This document shows, in pieces, positions 1 to 9,437 of a stretch of 64,000 bases of DNA. A program made the translations under genes and the position numbers. The DNA comes from an uncultured virus (IMG/VR IMGVR_UViG_2850925934_000001) (taxonomy: Duplodnaviria; Heunggongvirae; Uroviricota; Caudoviricetes): positions 1-64,000 of IMG/VR virus record IMGVR_UViG_2850925934_000001; one strand, given 5' to 3'. The notes below the pieces were generated by a model that was not told the origin of the DNA, searched no databases, and saw only the letters and a list, made by a program, of their open reading frames with translations. Each line of letters begins with the position of its first letter. Position 1 is the stretch's first letter.

Positions 1-1047
1 ATGTCCGCAAATAGAACAGGTAAACGCGTTAAAAAGGAGCGAACATTACGAAAGACTACGAGCAATCTCGATGTGCTTTTCGTTCAGTTTCGCGCAATCA
101 AGAAATCGGAAGGAAGGGCGCCATCTACGCTCAACCAATACGAAGACAACTACGGATTCTTTCTCGAATTTCTTGACCGTAAAGGAATCGCGAGATCTAT
201 TCACGAAATGACGCGGGATGTAATTCGGGAGTACATCGTTTATATGCAGGACGAATGGGTTAAATTCGAAGATCATTATTTTAAAAAGGACGAGCATATG
301 ACGAAAGGACTCGCGCCAGGTACGATAAATACGCGACTCAAGACTTTGCGCGTTTTCTTTAAGACGATTTATGAAGAAGGCCTAATCGAACATAATCCTA
401 TGTACGGTATAAAGAACGTTAATGAGCCGGAAGAGGAGATCATTATATTAAACGAGGACGAGCTTCGTATGTTATTCGCGGCACCAAACCAACGCGAGTA
501 TGCCGATTTCAGAGACTACGTTTTAATGAATGTTTTGTTAGACGGAATGATGCGTATTTCAGAAGCGCTTGGGCTTAAACAGGAAAACTTCGACTTTGCG
601 GCGCGTACTCTATACATTCCGGCTACTATTGCGAAAAACAGGCGAGCTCGTACAGTTCCTATCGAATTTGGTACAGCGAAAATATTAAACGAATTAATAG
701 TAGAAAATCGCGCAGACTTCGAGAGCGAATATATTTTTCTCGCAAACTATGGCGAGTGTTTAACGCGCGACCATTTCCGTAAGCGTCTCGCTGAATATGC
801 GAAAGAAGTCGGGATTAAGAAGCGGGTGCATCCACATTTATTCCGACATACGGCTGCGACTATTTATTTAGAGAGCGGCGGAGATATGCGTCATCTACAA
901 ATGCTATTGGGGCATAGTGATTTACGGATGGTCCAAAGATATACACATTTGTCCGGAAGCTCATTAACGGCTCAACACGAAAAATATTCCGCCATAAATA
1001 AAGTTCGTGGAAAACTAAATAAGCAGCGTAAAATAAATCGAAGATGA
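1..1047 (+). CDS. int: Tyrosine integrase (prophage integrase)
   Basis: 348 aa; N-terminal SAM-like domain, catalytic R (GMMRISE), HxxR (HPHLFRH), LGH and catalytic Tyr (VQRYTH). Confidence 0.95.
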   Translation: MSANRTGKRVKKERTLRKTTSNLDVLFVQFRAIKKSEGRAPSTLNQYEDNYGFFLEFLDRKGIARSIHEMTRDVIREYIVYMQDEWVKFEDHYFKKDEHMTKGLAPGTINTRLKTLRVFFKTIYEEGLIEHNPMYGIKNVNEPEEEIIILNEDELRMLFAAPNQREYADFRDYVLMNVLLDGMMRISEALGLKQENFDFAARTLYIPATIAKNRRARTVPIEFGTAKILNELIVENRADFESEYIFLANYGECLTRDHFRKRLAEYAKEVGIKKRVHPHLFRHTAATIYLESGGDMRHLQMLLGHSDLRMVQRYTHLSGSSLTAQHEKYSAINKVRGKLNKQRKINRR

Positions 1048-1076
1048 CTCGGCTTAAAGGCCGGGTTATTTTTTTT
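1043..1076 (+). terminator. Rho-independent terminator after int
   Basis: GATGACTCGGC-ttaaag-GCCGGGTTATT stem followed by a T run. Confidence 0.75.
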
Positions 1077-1086
1077 GTCCATTTTT

Positions 1087-1124
1087 TGCGCGACATTTAT
1101 TCGGCGTGCATATTATCAGTTGTA
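1087..1124 (+). promoter_or_regulatory. Copy 1 of motif TGCGCG-N13-GYGCATA-N8-YGTA (candidate phage promoter/operator)
   Basis: Same motif and spacing at 12390 and 28585, each upstream of an operon. Confidence 0.55.
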
Positions 1125-1155
1125 AAAAGTTTCAGCAAAAAGTGTCCGTTTTGAA

Positions 1156-1222
1156 AAGTTAATACGCAGTTATAAATGAAAAGGTTGTGCCAATCCGGAA
1201 GTTACTACGCAGTTATAAATGA
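1156..1222 (+). repeat. 24-bp direct repeat AAGTTA(A/C)TACGCAGTTATAAATGA x2
   Basis: Copies at 1156-1179 and 1199-1222, 1 mismatch, period 43 bp. Confidence 0.85.
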
Positions 1223-1289
1223 CGGAAGAAATTTTCGTTGATTTGGCGAACTAGTCGGGGAGATACCGACACACAAAAGGAGGAAACGC

Positions 1290-1742
1290 ATGTTGCCGCA
1301 AATGAGAATTAACGGAGCAGCAGCCGAACTTTTCGTAAAAGGCGACTTGTTGCTAAAGAATTACGTACCTTTCGAACCGGAGATAGACAATACAGAATGT
1401 GATATCGCGATTATTCAAGACGGAAAGCTTGTACGCATCCAAGTAAAGAGCGCTCGCTCAGAAGATCTTGAAAAGGTTAAGTTCGACTTAACGCGTTCAA
1501 GCGCATCCAGTCGCTTTTATACGAAAGATGATTTCGACGTGTTAGCGCTATACGATTTCGCAACCAATAAGATTGCATATATCGATTGGCAAAGCATAAC
1601 GCATAAACGAAGTATTACGTTGAGGTACACAGATACTCACTGTAAGAATGGATTCGTTGGAGAGAATGGTCGACTGTTCTTTGATGATTATCGAGAGTTT
1701 CCGCAGATTATACGAGGTGTATCGAAGGAGGAGTCCGCATGA
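1290..1742 (+). CDS. PD-(D/E)XK endonuclease (group I intron-associated PDDEXK_5-like)
   Basis: G-x-AAE...DIAI...RIQVKS...Y...DFDVLALYD pattern; RBS AAGGAGG. Confidence 0.75.
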   Translation: MLPQMRINGAAAELFVKGDLLLKNYVPFEPEIDNTECDIAIIQDGKLVRIQVKSARSEDLEKVKFDLTRSSASSRFYTKDDFDVLALYDFATNKIAYIDWQSITHKRSITLRYTDTHCKNGFVGENGRLFFDDYREFPQIIRGVSKEESA

Positions 1743-2188
1743 ATAGCAGAGGAATGATCGGATATGCTTCAGAAAGACTAGTAGAATCAGATTTACTTTT
1801 CCAAGGTATTGTTGTTTTGAATCCGAGCCAACCGGATTTAGAGTACGATTTGGTTGCGCAAATTGGAAATGAAAATTTCAAAATACAGGTTAAAACAGGA
1901 AAGCGGAAAGACGGCAAGGTTCTTGTAGCGGACATTAGAAAATCAGCAAGCCCACGTAACCCATATAAAAAACTTCACTATACAAAAGACGATGTAGACA
2001 TTTTTGCGATTACAGATCCGGAAACGAGAAGGGTAGCCTATTATCCTTCGGGAGAGGTAAGTCGAGAAATAACCTTTCGTTTTGAAAAGAGAAAATGCAG
2101 AAACGGGTATGCTGAGAGGTTGTTCAACGATTTTACAGATATTAAAGTCGCTATAGAAAAACTATCTTCATTACAGAGAATATCCTAG
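1739..2188 (+). CDS. Second PD-(D/E)XK endonuclease, paralog of the upstream ORF
   Basis: GYASE...YDLVA...KIQVKT...YTKDDVDIFAI; ATGA overlap with previous gene. Confidence 0.75.
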   Translation: MNSRGMIGYASERLVESDLLFQGIVVLNPSQPDLEYDLVAQIGNENFKIQVKTGKRKDGKVLVADIRKSASPRNPYKKLHYTKDDVDIFAITDPETRRVAYYPSGEVSREITFRFEKRKCRNGYAERLFNDFTDIKVAIEKLSSLQRIS

Positions 2189-2203
2189 ACGGGGTGATAA
2201 CGA

Positions 2204-2623
2204 ATGACCGACGAACACCAACGACTTGTCTCCGTCGAATCTCAGTCGGAATATAACATCACGTCCGGCAAGGCTGAAACGCGGATCTTCGTTAAGATGT
2301 ACGTCGATGCCGTTAAGAAAGGCCTTATCGCGGACATCGGGGCGGAGCGTTGGCAGACACTTTGCGTATTGTCATCGTTCATGAACGCAAGTGGCGAATG
2401 CTACCCGACGCAGCACCAGATAGCCGGCGCGTTGAACCTCAGCCGAGCTGCGGCGAACAGGCGGATCAAAGCGCTGTGCGAATATCGGTGGCAGGAGCGC
2501 CCGTTAGTCGTAAAGCAGAAGGCGCGGGACCCGAAGACGCAGCGATGGGATAACGCGAGATATACGATCATGCCGATCAGTCAGCTCGCGATATTCGATG
2601 GAGATACGGAGGAATTAACGTAG
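2204..2623 (+). CDS. HTH protein, N-terminal-domain-like phage replication initiator
   Basis: GECYPTQHQIAGALNLSRAAANRRIKAL winged-HTH typical of phage replisome organisers. Confidence 0.7.
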   Translation: MTDEHQRLVSVESQSEYNITSGKAETRIFVKMYVDAVKKGLIADIGAERWQTLCVLSSFMNASGECYPTQHQIAGALNLSRAAANRRIKALCEYRWQERPLVVKQKARDPKTQRWDNARYTIMPISQLAIFDGDTEELT

Positions 2624-2725
2624 CCATGTGACGCCGAGCCATACACGGCGGACCCATACACGGCTCGACTTTACACTAACTAGAACCATCTTTTAACTAG
2701 AGCCATTAATAACTAGATAAATAAT
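2624..2725 (+). repeat. Iteron-like repeats (CCATACACGGC x2; AACTAGA x3) followed by AT-rich DNA; candidate origin
   Basis: Direct repeats immediately after the initiator-like gene. Confidence 0.5.
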
Positions 2726-3009
2726 AGCGCTCAATTAAAACCTTTTCGCGCAGATACTTATTAAATAATAATTCTATCGCGGTAAGGAACATCCGCAAGA
2801 GTGAGCGTAAGCGAACGATTGCTAGGTCTTATTAATAAACGGAAGGATGTGCGATATGTTTACGAAATATGAACTCGCCACCATATACGAAGCGCTCGAC
2901 GATCTTCATCCGGTTACTCGCGCTCAATTCGAAGGAGGCGTAGAGGTAGCGGTATCCGATTTAAGAGAAAAGGTATTGCGACTAATTAACGAAGGAGATG
3001 ACGTATCCA

Positions 3010-3333
3010 ATGGCGATTGAAATCCCGATCTCACCCGATTACAAACTGACGTCCGACTCGCTTAACATCATCGTAAATGAACGCTATTTCACCGACCCGA
3101 CAAAAGCGCCGAACTGGGCGAAGCGCCTCGCCGAAAATCCGAACGCCGACCCAACGCCGCAAGAAAAGTGGCGCGAGGTAGCGTATCACTCAACGGTCGA
3201 ACGCGCGGTACTCGACGTAATGAATCGACGGCTGCGATCTTCGGATGCGACATCGCTGGCGGAATTAGCACGATTAATACGGGAGTTTCGCGAGGAAATA
3301 GCGGCTTTACTGGCGGTCGGGGGCAATCGGTAG
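3010..3333 (+). CDS. Hypothetical phage protein (DUF5405-like)
   Basis: ORF with RBS GAAGGAG; YKLTSDSLNII and WREVAYH motifs. Confidence 0.6.
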   Translation: MAIEIPISPDYKLTSDSLNIIVNERYFTDPTKAPNWAKRLAENPNADPTPQEKWREVAYHSTVERAVLDVMNRRLRSSDATSLAELARLIREFREEIAALLAVGGNR

Positions 3334-3380
3334 GGTAAGCGGTAAAACGCGAAAATACACGGAGCGGAGGCGGCGAAAAC

Positions 3381-3596
3381 ATGACCGAAGAAGTTAAACG
3401 ATTACGCTGTGCTGTGGCGGATTTGATTGGCGAGAATGAGCGGCTGAAGGCGAAGAATGCGCGTCTTGAACTACGAAATAATGAACTCCGGCGCTGTGTT
3501 CCTGCGCTTAGTACAATCGCGACCGTATCGAGTATTTCTACGGGAGATATCGTTCTTAGGGAAATCAATAGAATCGCAAAGGAGGCGCTAAAATGA
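3381..3596 (+). CDS. Hypothetical coiled-coil protein
   Basis: ORF with RBS GGAGG, coupled to next gene. Confidence 0.6.
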   Translation: MTEEVKRLRCAVADLIGENERLKAKNARLELRNNELRRCVPALSTIATVSSISTGDIVLREINRIAKEALK

Positions 3597-3955
3597 ACCC
3601 GACAATCACGAAGGAACAGGCGGATGCAATCGAATCGGCAAGAGGTTTCGGAAACGATGACGATTGGATATTGCGGTCACATGCGGAGTTCATCTCAGGG
3701 TACTCCGATCGCTGGTATGACGGTCACACTTTCGATGATATGGACGTCACCACATTAGCGGCTGCGTTAATTAACGGATACGAAGTCGAAGCGGCGCCGG
3801 AAGACCGAGTGCGCGAGTATTTCGCCGAACTTCAGGAGAAGGAACGGGCGGCGCAGTCCCGGGGCGTTACGTTCAGTTTGGAATGCGAAAGGGAAGGCGT
3901 TATCAATACGCTCAATCTTCTCGGAATCAAAATCGAAGGGGTGAACGCGCGATGA
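3593..3955 (+). CDS. Hypothetical phage protein (DUF1642-like)
   Basis: ITKEQADAIE...AALINGYEVE motif; RBS AAGGAGG. Confidence 0.65.
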   Translation: MNPTITKEQADAIESARGFGNDDDWILRSHAEFISGYSDRWYDGHTFDDMDVTTLAAALINGYEVEAAPEDRVREYFAELQEKERAAQSRGVTFSLECEREGVINTLNLLGIKIEGVNAR

Positions 3956-4082
3956 GACGACCAACACCGTACGAATTAAACGAATCAATTGCGGCGCTGA
4001 AGCTAGGCGTACCCGAACATCTTTATCATCACGTTTGGCGGCTTATTTACGAAATCGAAGTATTGCATGAGGAGGACGGAAG

Positions 4083-4439
4083 ATGATCGGTAAACTGACG
4101 AAGACAGGTCTTGAGGAAATTCGAAAAAGAGTCGAACGAATTATTGACGAAGAATGGGCGTGGGAGTACGAAGATGGCTGCGCAGTGTGTCTCTCGGGGA
4201 TAGAGAGGATCGCTTTAGAAGTCGCAGAAGGCGGAAAGTATATCGAGATCAGCGAACACGATGCGGAGTTTATCGAAGAGGCTCCTCGTAATATTTCGGG
4301 TTTACTAGGTCACATCGAAGCACTTGAACAAGAGGCGGAAGTACTGCGGACGCACTTAGAAAAAGCCGAAGCGCGACTGCGGATTATTGCGAGATGCGCG
4401 GAGCAAGGGAGCGATGTATATGTCCGAAAAAGTAGATAA
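4083..4439 (+). CDS. Hypothetical phage protein
   Basis: ORF with RBS GAGGAGG; DAEFIEEAP motif common in phage early proteins. Confidence 0.6.
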   Translation: MIGKLTKTGLEEIRKRVERIIDEEWAWEYEDGCAVCLSGIERIALEVAEGGKYIEISEHDAEFIEEAPRNISGLLGHIEALEQEAEVLRTHLEKAEARLRIIARCAEQGSDVYVRKSR

Positions 4440-4788
4440 GCCGGTCGCCAATTGGAATACCCGCGACTTCCAAGCGTACCTCAAAGCGGAGCACCAGCGG
4501 CTCTACGGCGTCCCTTACGTCCCCATGCACGGATATCGAGCCGAAGCGGGTATGCTCGGACGTTGGGTCGGTACAAAACGAAAGCCGGGCGAATACGGGC
4601 CGGAGATAACGAAGCGATTCATCGATATGTGTTTCGCGGATTATAAGCCGTCCATAGAATGGCCGGGCGTAAGCTTCGGATGGATGCAGACGTATATGGG
4701 GACGAACTTGCAGCGGGCGGTCAGCGCAGTTCTAGCGGAAGAGGCAAGGGGCAAACGGAATAGCAGCGTGGATGATACGTGGTTCTAG
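4420..4788 (+). CDS. Hypothetical protein, possibly a C-terminal-type replication initiator domain
   Basis: WNTRDF...EYGPEITKRFID...SFGW helical domain; RBS AAGGGAG. Confidence 0.5.
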   Translation: MSEKVDKPVANWNTRDFQAYLKAEHQRLYGVPYVPMHGYRAEAGMLGRWVGTKRKPGEYGPEITKRFIDMCFADYKPSIEWPGVSFGWMQTYMGTNLQRAVSAVLAEEARGKRNSSVDDTWF

Positions 4789-4814
4789 CGCGCCCGGCGG
4801 CTGGACGCCGAGAA

Positions 4815-4910
4815 TTAGCGCCCTCCTCCGAGTACATTAACAACCTTCGGTAAATAAACGATAGTTGTGACGATGATTGCGACTGTTGCGATTTGTTTTG
4901 CTAGCGTCAT
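4815..4910 (-). CDS. 31-aa hydrophobic peptide MTLAKQIATVAIIVTTIVYLPKVVNVLGGGR (SOS-linked, type I toxin-like)
   Basis: Translated by hand; RBS AAAGGAGGT; extended -10 TGGTACAAT and SOS box upstream. Confidence 0.7.
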   Translation of the reverse strand: MTLAKQIATVAIIVTTIVYLPKVVNVLGGGR

Positions 4911-4958
4911 GAATCGAACCTCCTTTCGGCAACTTGGGCATATTGTACCACATAAATA

Positions 4959-4972
4959 CGAATATGTGTTCG
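4959..4972. promoter_or_regulatory. LexA (SOS/Cheo) box CGAATATGTGTTCG
   Basis: Matches Bacillus consensus CGAAC-N4-GTTCG with 1 mismatch; lies just upstream of the leftward -10. Confidence 0.75.
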
Positions 4973-5005
4973 GTTTTTTATAAAAAATTCGGGAGGGATT
5001 GCGGA

Positions 5006-6058
5006 ATGGCTGAAACGAAAAAGTATGTGTGGATTAAGAAGGCGAAATATGAGTCGAGTTGGTATGTGAATAAGATTGGGGAGTTGTTCGAATTGACTGA
5101 GGATACAGGCGCGTTCTACGACGTTAGTGTTCCCGGAAGTGTCCGTCTTGTTAATGTCGAAGACGCTGAGCTCATCGTCACTGAAAATCGTCGTCCCAAA
5201 GTTGGCGAGCGCGTGTTGATTACGTACGGAATAACATCATCAGGCGACTATAAGACTGGCGATATCTGCACGGTACGAAGCGTAGTAGACATCTACGGTA
5301 CGATTACCGTGAAAGAACACTCTAATTATGTAATTGCAAGGGAATACGAAGTCATCATCAATAACGAAGTTGAAAACGAGGAGGCTGACGGAATGGAAAA
5401 ATCATACGCATTTAAACCGAACTTGAACGCAATGGGGTACGACGAGTTAATCGCGCATGGTGAAGACGTTATGCGGGCGATCAGACTACGCGCTTATGGC
5501 GAAGGATATAGGCAAGGTAAGTTCGACGCGGAGATGGATTCTACGCACGGTCAGGCTCCGGTTGTAAGCGCACAAGCCCGCCGTGATGAAATCGTTGAGC
5601 AGGCGAAGACGGACGTTGAGAAACTGTCTAATTACGGTGATGGCATGCGATATGAAACAGGTACGGGGTCTTTCGCAACCTGTAACGTGGAGTTCGTAGT
5701 GAATCGAGATAAGCGAACGGTTGTTGCGTTATTAAAAGGCATACGCACCGGGAATGTCTACGCAAGAGGTATCGCCAAAGCCGCATCTGATGACTGCTTC
5801 AACGTTCACATCGGAAAGGCGATTGCGCTAAGACGTGCGCTAGACTTGACGGTGCCTGACGAATACTTGAACGCTCCGCTGCCGACTGAGGTTCGTGTGG
5901 GCGACGTTGTTTACTACAGCCGTATGCACCCGCGTTTAACGGTATCTGAAGGAATAGGCAAAGGGGAAGGCTTCGTATCCGTTCAATTAGTGAGTGAATA
6001 TTTAGGAGACGGATTAACGAAAATCATCGACGACTCACGCGAAGAGGTGTGCAAATGA
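5006..6058 (+). CDS. Hypothetical phage protein with SH3/KOW-like repeats
   Basis: RBS GGGAGG; KVGERVLI and VRVGDVV repeats; GIAKAASDDCFNVHIGKAIALRRA motif. Confidence 0.7.
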   Translation: MAETKKYVWIKKAKYESSWYVNKIGELFELTEDTGAFYDVSVPGSVRLVNVEDAELIVTENRRPKVGERVLITYGITSSGDYKTGDICTVRSVVDIYGTITVKEHSNYVIAREYEVIINNEVENEEADGMEKSYAFKPNLNAMGYDELIAHGEDVMRAIRLRAYGEGYRQGKFDAEMDSTHGQAPVVSAQARRDEIVEQAKTDVEKLSNYGDGMRYETGTGSFATCNVEFVVNRDKRTVVALLKGIRTGNVYARGIAKAASDDCFNVHIGKAIALRRALDLTVPDEYLNAPLPTEVRVGDVVYYSRMHPRLTVSEGIGKGEGFVSVQLVSEYLGDGLTKIIDDSREEVCK

Positions 6059-6226
6059 ACGTAAAATATACGATGAGTCAGGCGGAAATAGTCGAAGCTA
6101 TAGTCGAGTGGTTAAATCGAAAAGGTTACACGGCTACTGGCGGAAAATTCATATGTAACTCGTGGGATCAGAAGGTTAGAGCGGAGTTTACTCTGCGTAA
6201 GAATTAACGAAAGGAGGTCCGCGAAT

Positions 6227-7006
6227 ATGACTAACGAAACTACTTGCGTACTTGCTGACGGATGCAAAGCGGCCGGGACCGACGCATGTACGCGGCACTG
6301 TACGCATTTTATCGCGATGCACGGCGCATCAGGCGAAGGTGGGCGATCAGGGGCGGCAGGTCTTCCGCGTGAATACCGGCTTGTCACGCTGAAGAATTCG
6401 CCGGCACGCGCTGACCAACCCGAAGCTTATAAGTCCGCCGAAACTTATGCGGCATCCTTTGCGCGGCAGTTCGAACAGAGCGGACCAGTTGCGCCGGCCG
6501 ACCGCATCAAGTCGCTATACCTCGTAAGCGAATCGCCCGGCACCGGTAAGACGACGACGGCCGCCGCACTTCTTAACGAATGGTTACGCGTCCACTATAG
6601 CGGCTCCCTACGGCGCGGCCTCGAACCTTTACAGCGGCCAGCGTATTTCCTCGACGTGAATGCGTGGCAGAACGACTATAACGAATTCAATCGCCCGCGT
6701 GTACCGGACTCAGTCGCAGAGCCGGCGGCCGCCCGTTATTATCGCGCATTAGAAACGGCAAAGAAGGCGCCGTTTGCGGTGCTGGACGATATAGGGGTAC
6801 GAGATGCAAAAGACGGCTTCCGCGGCGACCTGCACACCGTTATTAACGCAAGGGTAACGAATCAATTACCGACGATCTATACGAGCAACATTGCGCTCGA
6901 TCAGCTCTGGCAAGTATTCGGTGAACGACGTCTGGCCGATCGGGTGGGCGACCTATGCCGCGAAATTGAATTCGTAGGCGAATCGAAAAGGGGGATGCGT
7001 AGATGA
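6227..7006 (+). CDS. DnaC/IstB-like AAA+ helicase loader
   Basis: Walker A PGTGKT, Walker B AVLDDIG, PTIYTSN, RLADR. Confidence 0.9.
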   Translation: MTNETTCVLADGCKAAGTDACTRHCTHFIAMHGASGEGGRSGAAGLPREYRLVTLKNSPARADQPEAYKSAETYAASFARQFEQSGPVAPADRIKSLYLVSESPGTGKTTTAAALLNEWLRVHYSGSLRRGLEPLQRPAYFLDVNAWQNDYNEFNRPRVPDSVAEPAAARYYRALETAKKAPFAVLDDIGVRDAKDGFRGDLHTVINARVTNQLPTIYTSNIALDQLWQVFGERRLADRVGDLCREIEFVGESKRGMRR

Positions 7007-7221
7007 GGCTATTCGGACGAAAATCTAAAGAGGAACGGTCGCTATGTTTTCACGAATGGAGAGTCGCCGATGCAATGGTTGAGTACGAATATAACGGAGT
7101 CGCAGAAGATTCTGTTGATTACTACGAAATCGGCTGCGTTAACTGCGGGAAGATTCGAAAGGTAGATCGTTATGAATATTTACGGATTTGTAACGCTGGA
7201 ATGATTGCGAGGGATGCGTAG
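7003..7221 (+). CDS. Small Zn-binding protein
   Basis: CFHEW...CVNCGK. Confidence 0.6.
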   Translation: MRLFGRKSKEERSLCFHEWRVADAMVEYEYNGVAEDSVDYYEIGCVNCGKIRKVDRYEYLRICNAGMIARDA

Positions 7222-7734
7222 ATGAAAACGGAATTCGCTTTCGGAGATATCGTCTCGGTTGCCGGGTACGAAAATCGGATCTTCTACGTCGATGCTTGGA
7301 GCGAAATAAAGAGAACAGAGGAGTGGGGCGTAAGTGAATACGTCGAGGTCGAACTGACCGACGCGATTAACGGTGAATTTCTCGACGCGTTCGAAACGGA
7401 TCTGCGGCTGGTCTGCCGGAAACAGTTCGCGGAAGATTACCTTTTAGAGTACGACGAGACGAATTATCCGGAGCCGACGGGCGTGGCGTTGCATTTTGCG
7501 GACATTTTTCCGACGTTACCGAGCGTAGAAAGCGTCGCGGAGATAGGAAAAGGACTCAAAAAGGTGGCGAGTGTTATGGCGAAAAAGAAAGCGCAGGATG
7601 AGGTGAAACAAATCGACGAGCTGCTGGACGAATACAACGATTACATGCGCCTGCACGAGGCGTTCGGGGATGTGGAGTATAAAACGAAGGCTGACGCTGT
7701 GTTAACGAAGTTGAGACGGGAGGCGAGCGAATGA
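7222..7734 (+). CDS. Hypothetical protein (IDEAL-domain-like C terminus)
   Basis: IDELLDEYNDY motif; operon continuity. Confidence 0.65.
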   Translation: MKTEFAFGDIVSVAGYENRIFYVDAWSEIKRTEEWGVSEYVEVELTDAINGEFLDAFETDLRLVCRKQFAEDYLLEYDETNYPEPTGVALHFADIFPTLPSVESVAEIGKGLKKVASVMAKKKAQDEVKQIDELLDEYNDYMRLHEAFGDVEYKTKADAVLTKLRREASE

Positions 7735-7955
7735 AGCGCAGAATTAGATACGTTTATACGGATGAAGAGTGGGCTAAACAGGTCCGCATAGAAAACGTGA
7801 TCTTCTTCGTCCTATCCCCGATATACTTACCACTAGTCGCGATTTACTATATCGGGGAAGGCGCTTTATATACGGCGGAAGGGATTGCGTTAGGAGTAAG
7901 AGCACTAGTTAAACGGATTTTCTTTCGTAAAAACCGGAAGGAGGCGAGCGAATGA
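7731..7955 (+). CDS. Small membrane protein
   Basis: Hydrophobic segment; RBS GGAGG; coupled. Confidence 0.6.
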   Translation: MKRRIRYVYTDEEWAKQVRIENVIFFVLSPIYLPLVAIYYIGEGALYTAEGIALGVRALVKRIFFRKNRKEASE

Positions 7956-9370
7956 ACTACGGAACTTTACTAATATCGAAAGCCATCGAAGCGAACGATC
8001 CGAACGCCCTGCTGCGCTTCAACGTTTCGGAAGCCGACTTCCAAACGCAGGGCGAACGCAAGGCCTTCCGGTACGTAATGGATTACGCGGAGAAATACCG
8101 GGGCCAAGCGCCGACGGCCGAAATGGTTGCGCATGAGGTGCCGGAATTCCAGCCTGATTTTAACATCGAAGCCAGCTACGACTACCTTGCGAAAAACCTC
8201 AAGGACCGAGCGGCCGAGCGCGAATTTATCGAGCTGATGAACGGCCGTATTGATCCGGAAACCAACCGCCAAGTTCAGGAGCCGCAGCTCGAAAAACGAT
8301 TTATCGAAGCGCAAAAAAGCGGTGATATGGGAAAATTCTTCGAGTGGTTGACGGGGCAGGCCGAAAGTCTTAAAATGAGAACAAACGTTCGAAATACAGT
8401 TGGTACGGATATCAAACGGGACATCGACAAGTTTAAAACGGAGTATGAGAACCGTAAGGCAGGCGAGTCCTTCCGGATCTGGCGGAGCAAGTTCGACTTT
8501 GTTAATAAGGCGATGGGCGGCTATGTTTCGTCGAACGTGTACGTGATCTACGGAAAGTCGGGCCGGGGTAAATCGGCCATCGCGTTAGAGGAAGTCATTA
8601 ACTGCGCAATGCAGGGGGCAAACGTTCTGATATGGTCGATGGAAATGGGATGGTACGAAGTGCTCGTGCGCTTATACGTATCAATTTCCGGAGAATTCGG
8701 CATAGACAAAAATCCGTTAGAAGGCGTCGATATGGAACGTGATATCGGTTATTTAGGGCCGGGCGGATTTAATTCGCGCGATGTACGACAAGGCAAACTA
8801 TCCGATGAATTCGAAGAGGGTTTTATGGAATTTCTCGATCGGCTCAACGAAATCATTCCGGGAAACATTACGGTGCGAGCTGTCGACGATGAAGACTTCG
8901 GCTCAAGATCCTTGCGCGATCTAAAATCGGACATTATTGAAACGAAGGCCGACGTCGTTCTCGTAGATCCGTTTTATTATCTCGACTACGAAGACAATAC
9001 GTCAAAGACGGCGGGTGGGGATGCGGCTAATACTTCGCAAAAACTGCGCCGTCTGGCCGGGCATACGAAAGCGACTATATTTGCGCTCACACAGGCGGAT
9101 GAAGTTGACGAGATAGAAACGGAAGGCGGAACGCGCGAGCTTAAACTGTCCCAGCGTAAGGACGTCAAGAAAACGAAAGCATTGCTCGAAGATGCTGCGT
9201 TATTGATCGCGGTTGATACGAACGCGAAAGAAGGACGCGGCTTGATCGGATTGAACAAAGGGCGCGACGGAGGCGAAGGAGAAGTCGCCGAGATCATCTA
9301 TCTGCCGCAAATAGGCGTCGTAAAACAGCCGGAAACAGGCGCCGGAGCCGCAGACGTGTTCGAGTTTTAG
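7952..9370 (+). CDS. DnaB-like replicative helicase
   Basis: GKSGRGKS Walker A, WSMEM, VLVDPFY, ALTQ, KGRDG. Confidence 0.92.
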   Translation: MNYGTLLISKAIEANDPNALLRFNVSEADFQTQGERKAFRYVMDYAEKYRGQAPTAEMVAHEVPEFQPDFNIEASYDYLAKNLKDRAAEREFIELMNGRIDPETNRQVQEPQLEKRFIEAQKSGDMGKFFEWLTGQAESLKMRTNVRNTVGTDIKRDIDKFKTEYENRKAGESFRIWRSKFDFVNKAMGGYVSSNVYVIYGKSGRGKSAIALEEVINCAMQGANVLIWSMEMGWYEVLVRLYVSISGEFGIDKNPLEGVDMERDIGYLGPGGFNSRDVRQGKLSDEFEEGFMEFLDRLNEIIPGNITVRAVDDEDFGSRSLRDLKSDIIETKADVVLVDPFYYLDYEDNTSKTAGGDAANTSQKLRRLAGHTKATIFALTQADEVDEIETEGGTRELKLSQRKDVKKTKALLEDAALLIAVDTNAKEGRGLIGLNKGRDGGEGEVAEIIYLPQIGVVKQPETGAGAADVFEF

Positions 9371-9428
9371 ATCGTCTGGAATTTATCGGATGATATTGTC
9401 AACAATTACATCTAAATTTTTGAATAGT

Positions 9429-9437
9429 TTCGACAAA
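9429..9437 (-). promoter_or_regulatory. Spo0A box (TTTGTCGAA on minus strand) upstream of primase
   Basis: Perfect TGTCGAA; near match TGTCGTA at 9462-9468; TATAAT at 9470-9475. Confidence 0.45.
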
